Shown here: positions 37,005 through 46,252 of the stretch, piece after piece
Layout of the letters: the number at the start of each line of letters is the position of its first letter
How positions within the stretch are numbered: the stretch's first letter is position 1
NCBI GenBank assembly: GCA_951812945.1
Contig: CATOTB010000001.1
Location: 488,198-552,197, forward strand
DNA from: Candidatus Dadabacteria bacterium
Lineage (GTDB): Bacteria; Desulfobacterota_D; UBA1144; Nemesobacterales; Nemesobacteraceae
Length of the DNA: 64,000 nucleotides
Reading direction: 5' to 3'
The notes under the pieces: generated by a model
Told to the model about the DNA's origin: nothing
Databases searched by the model: none
What the model saw: only the letters and a program-made list of their open reading frames with translations
Position numbers and translations under genes: made by a program

Positions 37005-37047
37005 AAAAAACGGGGAACAACGTATCGTTGCGCTGTTCCCCGTTTTT
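37005..37047. terminator. bidirectional intrinsic terminator (9-bp GC-rich stem CGGGGAACA/TGTTCCCCG flanked by A6 and T5)
   Basis: hairpin plus U-tract on both strands, just downstream of atpE. Confidence 0.6.
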
Positions 37048-37059
37048 ATCGTGTACGCG

Positions 37060-37386
37060 TCAGATTTTTCCCTGGAGCAGAAACGCTATGAGCAGGGCGT
37101 AGATTACCAGAGACTCGATCAGGGCGAGACCGATAATCATTGGCGTCTGAATCTTCGCCGAAGCTCCGGGGTTTCTGGCTATGCCGTCAACAGCGGAAGC
37201 CGTGGCGAGCCCTTGGCCTACGCCCGCTACGCCTGCGGCTATGCCTATGCCTACTCCGGCACCGATGCCAAGTCCCATCTTCGCCAGTTCTCCTAAGCCC
37301 CCCTCAGTCGCGGCAAACGCATCGGGAACGAAAGCCCCAAACGAAGCCAGCACCGCCAGACCTATAAAAGAAAACAACCTTTTCAT
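37060..37386 (-). CDS. atpE: F0F1 ATP synthase subunit c with an N-terminal signal-like extension
   Basis: c-ring Gly-rich helix [13 protein letters not shown] and the conserved carboxylate helix; about 35-aa N-terminal extension. Confidence 0.88.
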   Translation of the reverse strand: MKRLFSFIGLAVLASFGAFVPDAFAATEGGLGELAKMGLGIGAGVGIGIAAGVAGVGQGLATASAVDGIARNPGASAKIQTPMIIGLALIESLVIYALLIAFLLQGKI

Positions 37387-37407
37387 TTCTTACCTCCTAG
37401 ATTTATG

Positions 37408-38097
37408 TCAGTGTTCATGCGCTTCGGCAAGCGCGATATATATGGTCGAAAGTATAGTGAATATAAAAGCCTGCAAAAAAGATACGAAAATACCTAGTCC
37501 CACGAAAGCCATGGGAATCAGTATATGTGTGAGGTTGGTAAACACCCCAAGCACCATGTGGTCGCCCGTTATGTTCATGAAAAGCCTGAGGGACAGCGAC
37601 AGTGGCCTTACGAGATGGCTTATTATCTCGATGATCAGCATAAGGGGCGCGAGGAAAATTACCGGGCCCAGAAAATGCTTGATGTAACCCAACCCGTGCT
37701 CCCTTATTCCGTAGTAGTTGTACATGACGAATATGAGAAGCGAGCACGCTACCGTGGTGTTAAGATTTCCGGTCGGCGGAAGAAAGCCCGGGACCATTCC
37801 CAGCAGGTTCGCAAACAGTATGAAGAAAAACGACCCGGCCAGAAGCGGGAAGTACTTCTTCGCCTTTTCTCGGGATCCGAAAACGTTTTCGATCGTGTTG
37901 AAAAGAAACTCAAGTCCCACAAGCTCGTAGAAAATGTTCATCGACGGCTTATCTTCGGGGATTACGGATTCTTCTTTCGAATAATGACTTTTTATCCTCA
38001 GGCCCGTAAAAAGTATGAACAGAAGTACGAGTACTCCGCCCAGAATATGGTCGTATTGTATGAGACCGGCCAGGGAAAACCAGCTGAAATGTTCCAT
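37408..38097 (-). CDS. atpB: F0F1 ATP synthase subunit a
   Basis: subunit-a pattern with a conserved Arg-containing helix (LSLSLRLF). Confidence 0.88.
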   Translation of the reverse strand: MEHFSWFSLAGLIQYDHILGGVLVLLFILFTGLRIKSHYSKEESVIPEDKPSMNIFYELVGLEFLFNTIENVFGSREKAKKYFPLLAGSFFFILFANLLGMVPGFLPPTGNLNTTVACSLLIFVMYNYYGIREHGLGYIKHFLGPVIFLAPLMLIIEIISHLVRPLSLSLRLFMNITGDHMVLGVFTNLTHILIPMAFVGLGIFVSFLQAFIFTILSTIYIALAEAHEH

Positions 38098-38099
38098 GT

Positions 38100-38441
38100 C
38101 TAGCCCTTCAAACCTTTACCTATTATTACTATCACCACGGAAGTTAAGCCTATCATTAAACCATATATATTTAGTTTTGCAAATATGAGCAAAACTGCTA
38201 TTATCGCAAGCAACGCGAGCATTTTCATAACCAGTATGAATATGGAAAATGCGAAGGAATACCTTCTTTCCGCGAGCGCTTTTACGACGAATTTTATAGC
38301 AACGTAATCCAGCAGAAAAAGCACTCCTGCGACCGCTATGGCCACCGCGATCTCTCTTTCCCCGATGGCGATGTTCACGGCGAAAAGAAGCGCCGTTACG
38401 GCCAAAGACAGTTTCTCAACTCCGAGACTAAGATTTTTCAT
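38100..38441 (-). CDS. atpI: ATP synthase protein I-like small membrane protein
   Basis: small polytopic protein immediately upstream of atpB. Confidence 0.55.
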   Translation of the reverse strand: MKNLSLGVEKLSLAVTALLFAVNIAIGEREIAVAIAVAGVLFLLDYVAIKFVVKALAERRYSFAFSIFILVMKMLALLAIIAVLLIFAKLNIYGLMIGLTSVVIVIIGKGLKG

Positions 38442-38658
38442 CGTTGCCGTTTTCTCTTTTCTGTCTGAGTTTCAGGGTCCGTAAAAGCAGGGTCAGCCCC
38501 GCTATCACTCCACACACAAGACCTAGCAGGGTAAAGAAAGGGAAAGCGGTGTCAAGTTTTCCGTCAATATAGCTGCCGAGGAAAAGCCCTGCTATGACGG
38601 AAAAAGCGAACTCAACTCCGATTACAATGAAAAAAACCCAGTTAGGATTTCCGATTTC
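38428..38658 (-). CDS. AtpZ/AtpR-like (ATPase_gene1 family) small membrane protein; no canonical start codon found in frame
   Basis: hand translation ...GNPNWVFFIVIGVEFAFSVIAGLFLGSYIDGKLDTAFPFFTLLGLVCGVIAGL...; stop at 38428-38430 overlaps the atpI start; the frame is open from the hemL stop, so the coding region is shorter than this span. Confidence 0.4.
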   Translation of the reverse strand, partial: EIGNPNWVFFIVIGVEFAFSVIAGLFLGSYIDGKLDTAFPFFTLLGLVCGVIAGLTLLLRTLKLRQKRENGNDEKS

Positions 38659-39970
38659 ACTCTCCCTGGGAAATTTCCCGAAGCGACGCGTGGATGGCTT
38701 GGAGCGTCTGGTCTATCTGTTTTTTCGTGTGCGCGGCCGAAACGAATACGCTTTCGAACTGAGACGGGGGAAACATGACTCCGTTTTGAAGAAGGTTTCT
38801 GAAGAACCTTGCGTATTTTTCCGTATCGCATCCAAGTGCCCCGGCGTAATCCGTGACCCTCTCTGCGGTGAAAAACACGGTGAACATTGAACCTACCGAG
38901 TTTACGGTGACGGCAATGCCGAGCTCGGCTACTATCTCCCGTATTCCGGATACCAAAATGTCGGTCAGGCTCTCCATCCGCCTGTAGGTTCTTGCGTTGA
39001 GCTCTTTTATGGTTGCAAGCCCCGCCGCCATGGCAAGTGGATTTCCCGAAAGGGTCCCCGCTTGGTACATGGGACCTTCAGGGGAAACCATCCCCATTAT
39101 TTCCCCGCTCGCTCCATACGCTCCCACCGGAAGCCCTCCTCCTATGATTTTCCCGAGGCAGGTTATGTCCGGGGTTACGCCGAACAGAGCTTGTGCGCCT
39201 CCCCTGGCGAGACGAAACCCTGTTATGACTTCGTCAAATATGAGAACTGCTCCGTGTTTTCTGCATGTCGACTGCAGTCGCTTGAGAAAGTTTTTCTCCG
39301 GGGTTACCACTCCCATGTTTCCCGCCACGGGTTCGATTATCACCCCGGCGATTTTCCGGGGGTACTTGGCGAAGAGCTTTTTGACGGAATCTATGTCGTT
39401 ATACCGAGCGAGAAGGGTTCTGTTCACAAACGATTTCGGAACCCCGGCGCTGCTGGGATTCCCGAAAGTCGTGGCTCCGGAACCGGATTTCACGAGCAGA
39501 AAATCCGAATGCCCGTGGTAGCATCCCTCGAATTTGACTATGTATTCTCTTCCGGTGATCGCTCTTGCGAGTCTTATGGCGCTCATCGTGGCCTCGGTCC
39601 CGGAGTTGGTCAGGCGAACCTTCTCAATCGAGGGAAAGCTTCTGGTTATCAGTGCGGCGAGGTCTGTTTCCAGCTCGCACGGGGCGCCGTAACTGGTTCC
39701 AAGCGGGAGCCTTTCCTCAACGGCGCTTACAACCGAAGGGTGTGAGTGGCCCAGGATCAGCGGACCCCATGAGGCCACGTAGTCGATGAACTTGTTGCCG
39801 TCCGCGTCATACACGTAAGAACCTTCGGCCCTTGATATGAAAAGCGGTGAGCCCCCCACGGCCGCAAAAGATCTCACGGGGCTGTTTACCCCGCCTACAA
39901 GAACGTTTTTCGCTCTGCGAAAAAGTTTCTCTGAATTGCTGGTATTCATAGAAAAATGGTTAGGCCTCAA
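38657..39970 (-). CDS. hemL: glutamate-1-semialdehyde 2,1-aminomutase
   Basis: class III aminotransferase pattern with N-terminal RSFAAVGG and a PLP-lysine region. Confidence 0.92.
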   Translation of the reverse strand: MRPNHFSMNTSNSEKLFRRAKNVLVGGVNSPVRSFAAVGGSPLFISRAEGSYVYDADGNKFIDYVASWGPLILGHSHPSVVSAVEERLPLGTSYGAPCELETDLAALITRSFPSIEKVRLTNSGTEATMSAIRLARAITGREYIVKFEGCYHGHSDFLLVKSGSGATTFGNPSSAGVPKSFVNRTLLARYNDIDSVKKLFAKYPRKIAGVIIEPVAGNMGVVTPEKNFLKRLQSTCRKHGAVLIFDEVITGFRLARGGAQALFGVTPDITCLGKIIGGGLPVGAYGASGEIMGMVSPEGPMYQAGTLSGNPLAMAAGLATIKELNARTYRRMESLTDILVSGIREIVAELGIAVTVNSVGSMFTVFFTAERVTDYAGALGCDTEKYARFFRNLLQNGVMFPPSQFESVFVSAAHTKKQIDQTLQAIHASLREISQGE

Positions 39971-39985
39971 CCACAGATGGAGCTT

Positions 39986-40801
39986 TTATTCTTCCGGTTC
40001 CGACAGGCTTTTCAGGTGTTTTTTCGCCTCGGCGGCTTCGGGTGACTCTGGGTATGCTTCAATCAGCGATTCGAAAAAAAGACTTGCTTCGTTCGGTTTT
40101 CCTATTTCCATAAGCGCAAGTCCCTGGTTGAGTTGGCAAAGCGGGATTTTGGGGCTGGCGGGCCAGGTTTCGATTATGTTCTGGTATTCGAGTATGGCCT
40201 CTTCGTAAAGCTTTTCTCTGAAGTAGGAATCTGCGATGAGAAACATTGCGTCTGAGGCTTCATCGCTTCTGGGAGCGTTGGCCAGGTGTTTTCTCAGCAG
40301 GGTTCTTGCGGCCTTCCAATTCCCGTCGGCAAACTCCTTTAGTCCCAGGTTGTAATTCTCCTTGGGGTTTTTCTCCGTGGGGGAGGATTTCATTTCGGTT
40401 TTCCCGCTCGGAGTCTGCGAAGCCTCGCCGGGAGCCGTGGCGGGCGGCGTCTTCGGTCCGGAAACCGCGTCTTCGGCTCCGGAGTCTGCGCTTATCGACA
40501 GCTTGTCTTCTATGCTTTTGAAGCGCTCCTCGATCCGCGCGTGCATTTCGCCTAATATCTGCTCAAGTTCCAGAAGCTTGTTTTCGAGTTCGAAAGTCTT
40601 TTCGTTAAGGTCCAGTATGTTGTCTTCTTTTTTGACTTCCGCCTTCAGCCAGTCGATATCCTTCTGAGTCTTTTTTAGGGTTGACTCGATTTCTCTTTGC
40701 CTGGAGTAAAGGAAATCCGTGTCACCTTCCGATGCTACACACCCGTACATGAACATGGAGCCGAATAACACTGCAGCGGCGGCCAGATATTTTTTTCTCA
40801 T
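39986..40801 (-). CDS. cpoB: Tol-Pal system protein CpoB/YbgF (coiled coil + TPR)
   Basis: signal peptide, coiled-coil, C-terminal TPR; ATG at 40801 overlaps the pal stop (ATGA); the track ORF is extended upstream. Confidence 0.7.
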   Translation of the reverse strand: MRKKYLAAAAVLFGSMFMYGCVASEGDTDFLYSRQREIESTLKKTQKDIDWLKAEVKKEDNILDLNEKTFELENKLLELEQILGEMHARIEERFKSIEDKLSISADSGAEDAVSGPKTPPATAPGEASQTPSGKTEMKSSPTEKNPKENYNLGLKEFADGNWKAARTLLRKHLANAPRSDEASDAMFLIADSYFREKLYEEAILEYQNIIETWPASPKIPLCQLNQGLALMEIGKPNEASLFFESLIEAYPESPEAAEAKKHLKSLSEPEE

Positions 40802-41568
40802 TGGTTTTCTGAAGAACCCTTGTCTGAGAGAGCCATGAAGTGTCCACGCCTGTTGCGGCTGTATGCCTCTTCCGACGTTCCCTCCTGCCATATTTCGGTT
40901 TCTCCCTTGCTGATGGAATGCAGCATTTCAGGGGACACCCCTTTTCCGATCATGTATTTTTTGACTTCATCCGCCCTTTTCTTTCCAAGGGAGAGGTTGT
41001 ATTCCTCGGTCCCGCGGATGTCGCAGAAACCGAAGACGAGAATGAATTTGATCTTGTCCCCGTTTTTTTCAAAGATGCTTATGTTGCGGTCGACTATCTC
41101 CATTGCCTCTTTCGATATCTCCGCGCTGTCGAATTCGAAAAAGACGTCCGAAGTGGGAAGGTTAATGAGATTTTCCTTGGAAAACGCATCGCTGAGCAGG
41201 GATTTCCGTATTTCCTGGGCCTCTTCGTCAAAACCCTCCATGAAGGTATCTTCCCTGGCGGCACCGATTGCCTGTGTGGCCTTTAGTTCCGCCTGAGAAA
41301 GAACCTTATCCGCTTCCTCAATCTCTCCCTCGCTTATAAGATTTTCCGCCAGGTCGAAAAGCTTTTGTGCCTCTTCATACTCCCAGGTGTTTTCGGCGCC
41401 CTCCGCGCGAGCCTCCTCAAGCTTTTGTGAAATCGCGAGAACCCTTTCCTGAATTTCTGCTGAAGGTTCCGCAGGCGGCGGAGGCGGAGTCTTCTTTGCG
41501 CACCCTGAAATGTGCAGAGCACCCACAATCAACAGGACAAAAGCGACCGCCGGAACTATTTTTTTCAT
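40798..41568 (-). CDS. pal: peptidoglycan-associated lipoprotein (OmpA-like)
   Basis: lipobox LHISGC; C-terminal OmpA-like domain (NLSLGKKRADEVKKYM). Confidence 0.8.
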   Translation of the reverse strand: MKKIVPAVAFVLLIVGALHISGCAKKTPPPPPAEPSAEIQERVLAISQKLEEARAEGAENTWEYEEAQKLFDLAENLISEGEIEEADKVLSQAELKATQAIGAAREDTFMEGFDEEAQEIRKSLLSDAFSKENLINLPTSDVFFEFDSAEISKEAMEIVDRNISIFEKNGDKIKFILVFGFCDIRGTEEYNLSLGKKRADEVKKYMIGKGVSPEMLHSISKGETEIWQEGTSEEAYSRNRRGHFMALSDKGSSENQ

Positions 41569-41710
41569 GTGTAGAGATTCAGTCTATTTTAAAAGGCGCC
41601 GATACGTTGCGGCAGGTAAACTTAAGGACGGGATTACTCTAGCACAAGGGCAATGTTTTTTCAATTCTCCCGAAACATTTTGTGCTCGGGATAAGAAAAG
41701 GAGTTTCTAA

Positions 41711-42286
41711 GTGAACGACGCGTCTTCGGTTTCCGGGATTTTCTGGAACGACTCCCCGGTGGTGATCATAACCAGCAGGCGGGAAGATGAGATAAACGGT
41801 CAGGTAGCCGTAACGCTTGTTACCTCTTCCATAGTCCATACCGTCCCCCGGCTCCTTGTCGGGATATGGAAAGGAAATCACACCCACGGATTCATAATGA
41901 AAAGCAGAAATCTTGTGGTTCACCTTCTCAGGAGAGACCAGATCGCCCTTGTGCGAAATTTCGGCTTTTATTCCGGCAGGGACAGAGAAAAGTTCCCCGG
42001 CATAGACCACTTTGAGGGTAAAAACGGCTGCCCGGTCCTAAGGGACGTGCATTCGTACGTCGAGTGTTCCGTGCTTAACGCCATGGACGGAGGGGACATG
42101 ACGGCTTTTCTTGTAAGCGCCGATTACGGGGAGATAGTGAGGGGAGGGGGGTGGATGACGCTTGCGGACTTCTACGCCTTGGCTCCCGAGGAATGGGTGA
42201 TGGAGTACGGACAGAAACTGATGGAGTCTGTTAGTTTCTCAATGCCGATAATCCATAAAATAAGCCACGAGCCGTTTGAGCCTTAA
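41711..42286 (+). CDS. flavin reductase-like (FMN-binding split-barrel) protein
   Basis: family pattern; GTG start with AAAAGGAG RBS. Confidence 0.65.
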   Translation: MNDASSVSGIFWNDSPVVIITSRREDEINGQVAVTLVTSSIVHTVPRLLVGIWKGNHTHGFIMKSRNLVVHLLRRDQIALVRNFGFYSGRDREKFPGIDHFEGKNGCPVLRDVHSYVECSVLNAMDGGDMTAFLVSADYGEIVRGGGWMTLADFYALAPEEWVMEYGQKLMESVSFSMPIIHKISHEPFEP

Positions 42287-42304
42287 GCGGCCGCTATTTT
42301 CCCT

Positions 42305-42703
42305 TCAGCGGATTATTATGGTCGCGGAGGCCGAATTTCTCTCCGCGTGTTTTCTGAGTCTGCCTCGAAGTTCTTTTTTGAACCAGTTCCTAGTGAAGGG
42401 AACAAGAAGGGAAAAGCCGAGAATATCCGTAAGCAGTCCCGGAGTGAGAAGCACCACACCTCCCACGAGTATTAAGAGACCGTTTATGAGGTTTTCCGTG
42501 GGCGCTCTTCCGTGGGCGAGTTCTGCCCTTATCGCGTTGACGGTTCGGGTTCCCTGGCTTCTTGCGAGCGCCGCTCCCAGCACTCCCGTTGTTATTACTA
42601 TAAGTATGGTCGGCCAGAGTCCTATCAGGTTTCCGAGCTTTATTAGCAGCGCAAGCTCGATGAGCGGAACCACGGTGAACAGAATTAACAGTCTTACAAA
42701 CAT
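42305..42703 (-). CDS. fxsA: FxsA family membrane protein
   Basis: FxsA-like N-terminal TM pair and conserved core. Confidence 0.7.
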   Translation of the reverse strand: MFVRLLILFTVVPLIELALLIKLGNLIGLWPTILIVITTGVLGAALARSQGTRTVNAIRAELAHGRAPTENLINGLLILVGGVVLLTPGLLTDILGFSLLVPFTRNWFKKELRGRLRKHAERNSASATIIIR

Positions 42704-42771
42704 TTGAAGTCGCCTCGGATAATCCCGGTTATCTGTACGGTATAATAATATATCCGGGGGGAAATGCCGAA

Positions 42772-43518
42772 TTGCCGATGGGAAAGCTGCTTTCGCGAAG
42801 AAGAATTCTCATATCTTTTCTCCTCATTCTGTGTCTGGGGGCGGGGGGATGCCGCCTCTTCAGATTCCTCGAGGTAAAGGGCCAGCTTGGGAACTTCAGC
42901 GAGAATTTCAGCGTGAGCGACCACGACGCCCTGAGACTCATCTTCAAAAACCCCGTCTTGCTCTCAGAAGACATGGAGTGGCTCATGGTCTACTCGCCGC
43001 CCGTAAAAAACCGTATTTCCGAGGAAGCGGAGCTTTGGACCTATCACCTGGTGAAGAGGTATCCGGGCAGAAAAAGCGAAAGCGGAAATTTTGACCTGCC
43101 TTTGGGAATGAAATTTTGTCGCGGAAAGCTCTGCGAGGTCGCTTTTCCCGACCGTTTTACCAAGTATATAAACAAGGAAGTTTTGGGGAAGGTGATGAGC
43201 TCGGTGGGCGGCGCCGAAGTGAAAAAGCTCGCAAAAACCAGCACAGCGGCCGTAAAATCCCTTGAACCCAAGGAAATCCCCAACTTCTCTGAAGTTATCG
43301 AGATCCTCGGCCGCCCGTACGCGAAGCTTAACGAGGACGGCGGCAGGGTCTTTGTCTACAAGTACAGGCTGCGGGAAAAGACCCCCGAGGGGAAATACAT
43401 CGTGTTCAGGCTTCTGCTGAGCTTTAACGAAAAAACGGACAAGTTAAAAAAGCTGGTGCTTCCTCTTAGAAGTGTGAAGCTTGCGATGAACTTCGAGCCG
43501 GACGTGGCGCGAAGATGA
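42772..43518 (+). CDS. hypothetical lipoprotein
   Basis: lipobox LGAGGC; 4-nt overlap with ispE. Confidence 0.5.
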   Translation: MPMGKLLSRRRILISFLLILCLGAGGCRLFRFLEVKGQLGNFSENFSVSDHDALRLIFKNPVLLSEDMEWLMVYSPPVKNRISEEAELWTYHLVKRYPGRKSESGNFDLPLGMKFCRGKLCEVAFPDRFTKYINKEVLGKVMSSVGGAEVKKLAKTSTAAVKSLEPKEIPNFSEVIEILGRPYAKLNEDGGRVFVYKYRLREKTPEGKYIVFRLLLSFNEKTDKLKKLVLPLRSVKLAMNFEPDVARR

Positions 43519-44381
43519 GTTTTGTCAAGCTTCTCTCCCCGGCGAAGGTAAACCTGTTTCTCAGGATTCTCAGAAAGCGCCCCGATGGATATCATGAGCT
43601 TCAGTCCATCCTGCAGCCCGTAAGCCTCTTTGACGAAATAAGCCTTTCGGTAGAATCGGGAGAGGGGGTAAGTCTTTCTCCTTCGGGAAGGGATATGCCT
43701 TCTGGAAAGGATAATCTTGCCGCGGCCGCCTGTCACCTTTATCTTGGGGCCGCCGCGATGCGAAAAAAGGTTTCGATAGGAATAAAAAAGGACATTCCCC
43801 TCGGTGCGGGACTCGGCGGAGGAAGCTCAAACGCCGCAGCTGTTCTCGTGGGCCTTAACAAGGTTCTTGGGAAATTTACCGACGGCCAACTGCTGCGGAT
43901 GGCCGCATCCCTCGGAGCCGACGTCCCGTTCTTTATAAGATGCACAGCTTCGTTTGTCGAGGGGGTGGGAGAGAGGGTGACCGTGCTTTCTGATTTTCCG
44001 CTCTTTCACTACGTTATCCTCTTCCCCCGTAAGAGCCTGTCGACCCGGGAAGTCTATACCAGGTGGGAGGAGCACCCAGACCGGCCGCCCGAAAGAGTCA
44101 ATCCCGCTTTTCTTGTGGAGCGGTTCCGCAGCGGCTTTCCTATTGAAAATGGCCTCGAGGAATCCGTTTTCGAGATTTCCCCCGATATTCTGTCCTTCAG
44201 AGAGATTTTCCGGTCGCTCGGAGCTCGCTCCGTGCTCGTGTCAGGAAGCGGATCATCGGTTTTTTCCGTTTTCCGCAAACAGGAGGAAGCCGAGGAAATC
44301 TACGAATACCTGAGAACCTCTGCCGAATTTGACGTTTTTTTGGCCCAGGGAATAAGTGGCTGGCATTTTCTTGCGGACTGA
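43515..44381 (+). CDS. ispE: 4-diphosphocytidyl-2-C-methyl-D-erythritol kinase
   Basis: GHMP kinase motif PLGAGLGGGSSNAAA and N-terminal KVNLFL. Confidence 0.88.
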   Translation: MSFVKLLSPAKVNLFLRILRKRPDGYHELQSILQPVSLFDEISLSVESGEGVSLSPSGRDMPSGKDNLAAAACHLYLGAAAMRKKVSIGIKKDIPLGAGLGGGSSNAAAVLVGLNKVLGKFTDGQLLRMAASLGADVPFFIRCTASFVEGVGERVTVLSDFPLFHYVILFPRKSLSTREVYTRWEEHPDRPPERVNPAFLVERFRSGFPIENGLEESVFEISPDILSFREIFRSLGARSVLVSGSGSSVFSVFRKQEEAEEIYEYLRTSAEFDVFLAQGISGWHFLAD

Positions 44382-44575
44382 ATCTTCTAAACTGACTTGC
44401 TCGTCGACAACCCGCGCTCCCGCTTTTGATGCTTTGTCGTTGTTAACCGTTTTATATTTTCCTGAAATGATTTAACTACCTGTTCTGCTTGCAAAAATAA
44501 GGCAGTGGGAGTAAAATGGCTAAGAGTAAGGAAAAACTGCCCGGAACCGGAAAGCTGTCCTGATTTAAAATAGTT

Positions 44576-45916
44576 TTGAAAATGAAAATAGCACGCTTGG
44601 GAAAACTGAGGAATCACCTTGGGGACAAGGGGAGTTATGTGATACGTATTGGAAAGGTGGTTACTAGAGCCTTGAATATATCGCGTGTTTTCATTGTGGC
44701 TGCAGGGCTTTTGCTGGGACTTCTGCTTATGGGAGGGCCTGCGGAGGTCAACACCCAGGAAACCAATGTCGAAGGTGACCTCAGGTTGGTGGACATGACT
44801 ACCGGTAATGTAGTGAGCCTTGTTATTGCTGTTGCGCCCTCGGGCAGGCTTGAAATGTTTGATGATGAAGATGGCGATGGTACCGGGGAATGGAAGGCAA
44901 TATGCGATGATTATCTGGGAGTGCTGGGAACACAAGAAAAAGGAAACCTTCGGGTAATCGGCAGGCAGGAGGCCGAGGTCGCATGCCGCCAGCTGGGCTA
45001 CTCGGGAGGTACCCCCATAACTGGGCTGACGTTGCCGGATGATATGGATTACCTGCTTGACAACCTTGAATGTGCGGGCTCTGAAGCAAGAATCTTCGGG
45101 GAGGGCAAATGCAGACACCAGCCGCGCGGAGAGCATGATTGCGAGAGCCAGAGAGCTTTTGGCGTCACATGTGAAGCTGCCACCTCAAATGACGATGCCG
45201 TAGGCAGGCTTGCAATCACGGGCGAAACTAAGGTGAGGCAGACACTTACCGCGGATCACACGGGTATTACCGACGAAGATGGCAAGCCGACTGAGGAGAC
45301 TTCTTTCAGCTATCAGTGGATCAGGGTTGATAATTACTGGAATGAAATCGAGATTCCCGGCGCGACGTCCTCCACCTATGTTCTTCAGGATGATGATGAG
45401 GAAAACTGGATCAAAGTGAAGCTTATCTTCACGGACGATGCTGGGAATGCGGAGGAGGTCTTCAGCTTTGAAGAGGGGCCTGTTTACACTGACAAGCCTG
45501 ACGGTTCCCTCCGGTTAAGGCCACTTAGGCTTAGTTATGATCTTGATGATGGTGCTACGCTCTCCGTGGACTCGGATCAATTCACTGGTATGGTCGAGAT
45601 ATTTGATGAGCCGGGCAGGAAATGGAAGGGAGTATGCGATGATGGGGCGGAGGATGAAAACCTGGGGTGGGGCACGGAAGAAGCGCAAGTAGCATGTCGC
45701 CAGCTGGGCTATTCGGGGGGAATTCCGATCACCGAGATAGATGGGACCACTTCTCCGCCGACCTATTTTCTGCTTGACGGGGTAGAATGCGACGGAACGG
45801 AGGAAAAGCTGCTTGATTGTGAACACGCGGAACGTGGAATTCACGATTGCACTTCACTGGAATATGCAGGTGTTTTTTGTGACGATCCGGATAGCAATGA
45901 CGACTCTTCAAGATAA
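44576..45916 (+). CDS. secreted/membrane-anchored protein with two SRCR (scavenger receptor cysteine-rich) domains
   Basis: two copies of the pattern GRLE(M/I)FD...W(K/G)..CDD.....EA.VACRQLGYSGG......ECxGxE..L..C.H...HDC; start codon ambiguous (internal TTG/GTG candidates precede a signal-like segment). Confidence 0.65.
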   Translation: MKMKIARLGKLRNHLGDKGSYVIRIGKVVTRALNISRVFIVAAGLLLGLLLMGGPAEVNTQETNVEGDLRLVDMTTGNVVSLVIAVAPSGRLEMFDDEDGDGTGEWKAICDDYLGVLGTQEKGNLRVIGRQEAEVACRQLGYSGGTPITGLTLPDDMDYLLDNLECAGSEARIFGEGKCRHQPRGEHDCESQRAFGVTCEAATSNDDAVGRLAITGETKVRQTLTADHTGITDEDGKPTEETSFSYQWIRVDNYWNEIEIPGATSSTYVLQDDDEENWIKVKLIFTDDAGNAEEVFSFEEGPVYTDKPDGSLRLRPLRLSYDLDDGATLSVDSDQFTGMVEIFDEPGRKWKGVCDDGAEDENLGWGTEEAQVACRQLGYSGGIPITEIDGTTSPPTYFLLDGVECDGTEEKLLDCEHAERGIHDCTSLEYAGVFCDDPDSNDDSSR

Positions 45917-46157
45917 CGGCGGAAGTCAACTAGAAAGCTTCCTGTGAGCCGGTTTCCAGCTTTTATTTTAATAATTTAGCCAGTTAAATCCCTCTACAGA
46001 ACTCAGGTATGTGGATGGCCCTCGCTTCTTCTGTGATAAGCTCGTCTCAGAAGCGGACTGCAGAAGCTGGGCAGCGTTTTAAATTGATTGATATCCACGG
46101 TTCTGGTTTTTGCTTTAACAGTTACGCGAATGTGGTAACATAAAACTTCTTTCCGAC

Positions 46158-46231
46158 TGGGGCGTCGTCTAAAGGCAGGACACCGGGTTTTGGTCCCGGT
46201 AGTGGGGGTTCGAGTCCTCCCGCCCCAGCCA
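46158..46231 (+). tRNA. tRNA-Gln (anticodon UUG), 3' CCA encoded
   Basis: hand-folded cloverleaf: 7-bp acceptor stem TGGGGCG/CGCCCCA, 5-bp anticodon stem CCGGG/CCCGG with loop TTTTGGT, T-loop GGTTCGAGTCC. Confidence 0.8.
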
Positions 46232-46252
46232 AAAAAGACGGTTCTAGCGCCC

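Noticed and set aside
39986-40891. Track start of cpoB at 40891 (30 extra N-terminal codons)
   Set aside because: The extension overlaps the pal coding region. ATG 40801 gives the signal peptide MRKKYLAAAAVLFG and a classic ATGA overlap with the pal stop.
41639-42010. 123-aa minus-strand ORF antisense to the flavin reductase gene
   Set aside because: It is fully embedded antisense in a gene with family support and has no independent signals.
44387-45136. 249-aa minus-strand ORF overlapping the SRCR-protein gene
   Set aside because: It is antisense to an ORF with clear domain content, has no recognisable family and has a low-complexity composition, so it is likely spurious.
46190-46252. Track start of the helicase ORF at 46190
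   Set aside because: It overlaps the tRNA-Gln gene. GTG 46253, immediately after the tRNA, gives a typical UvrD N-terminus.
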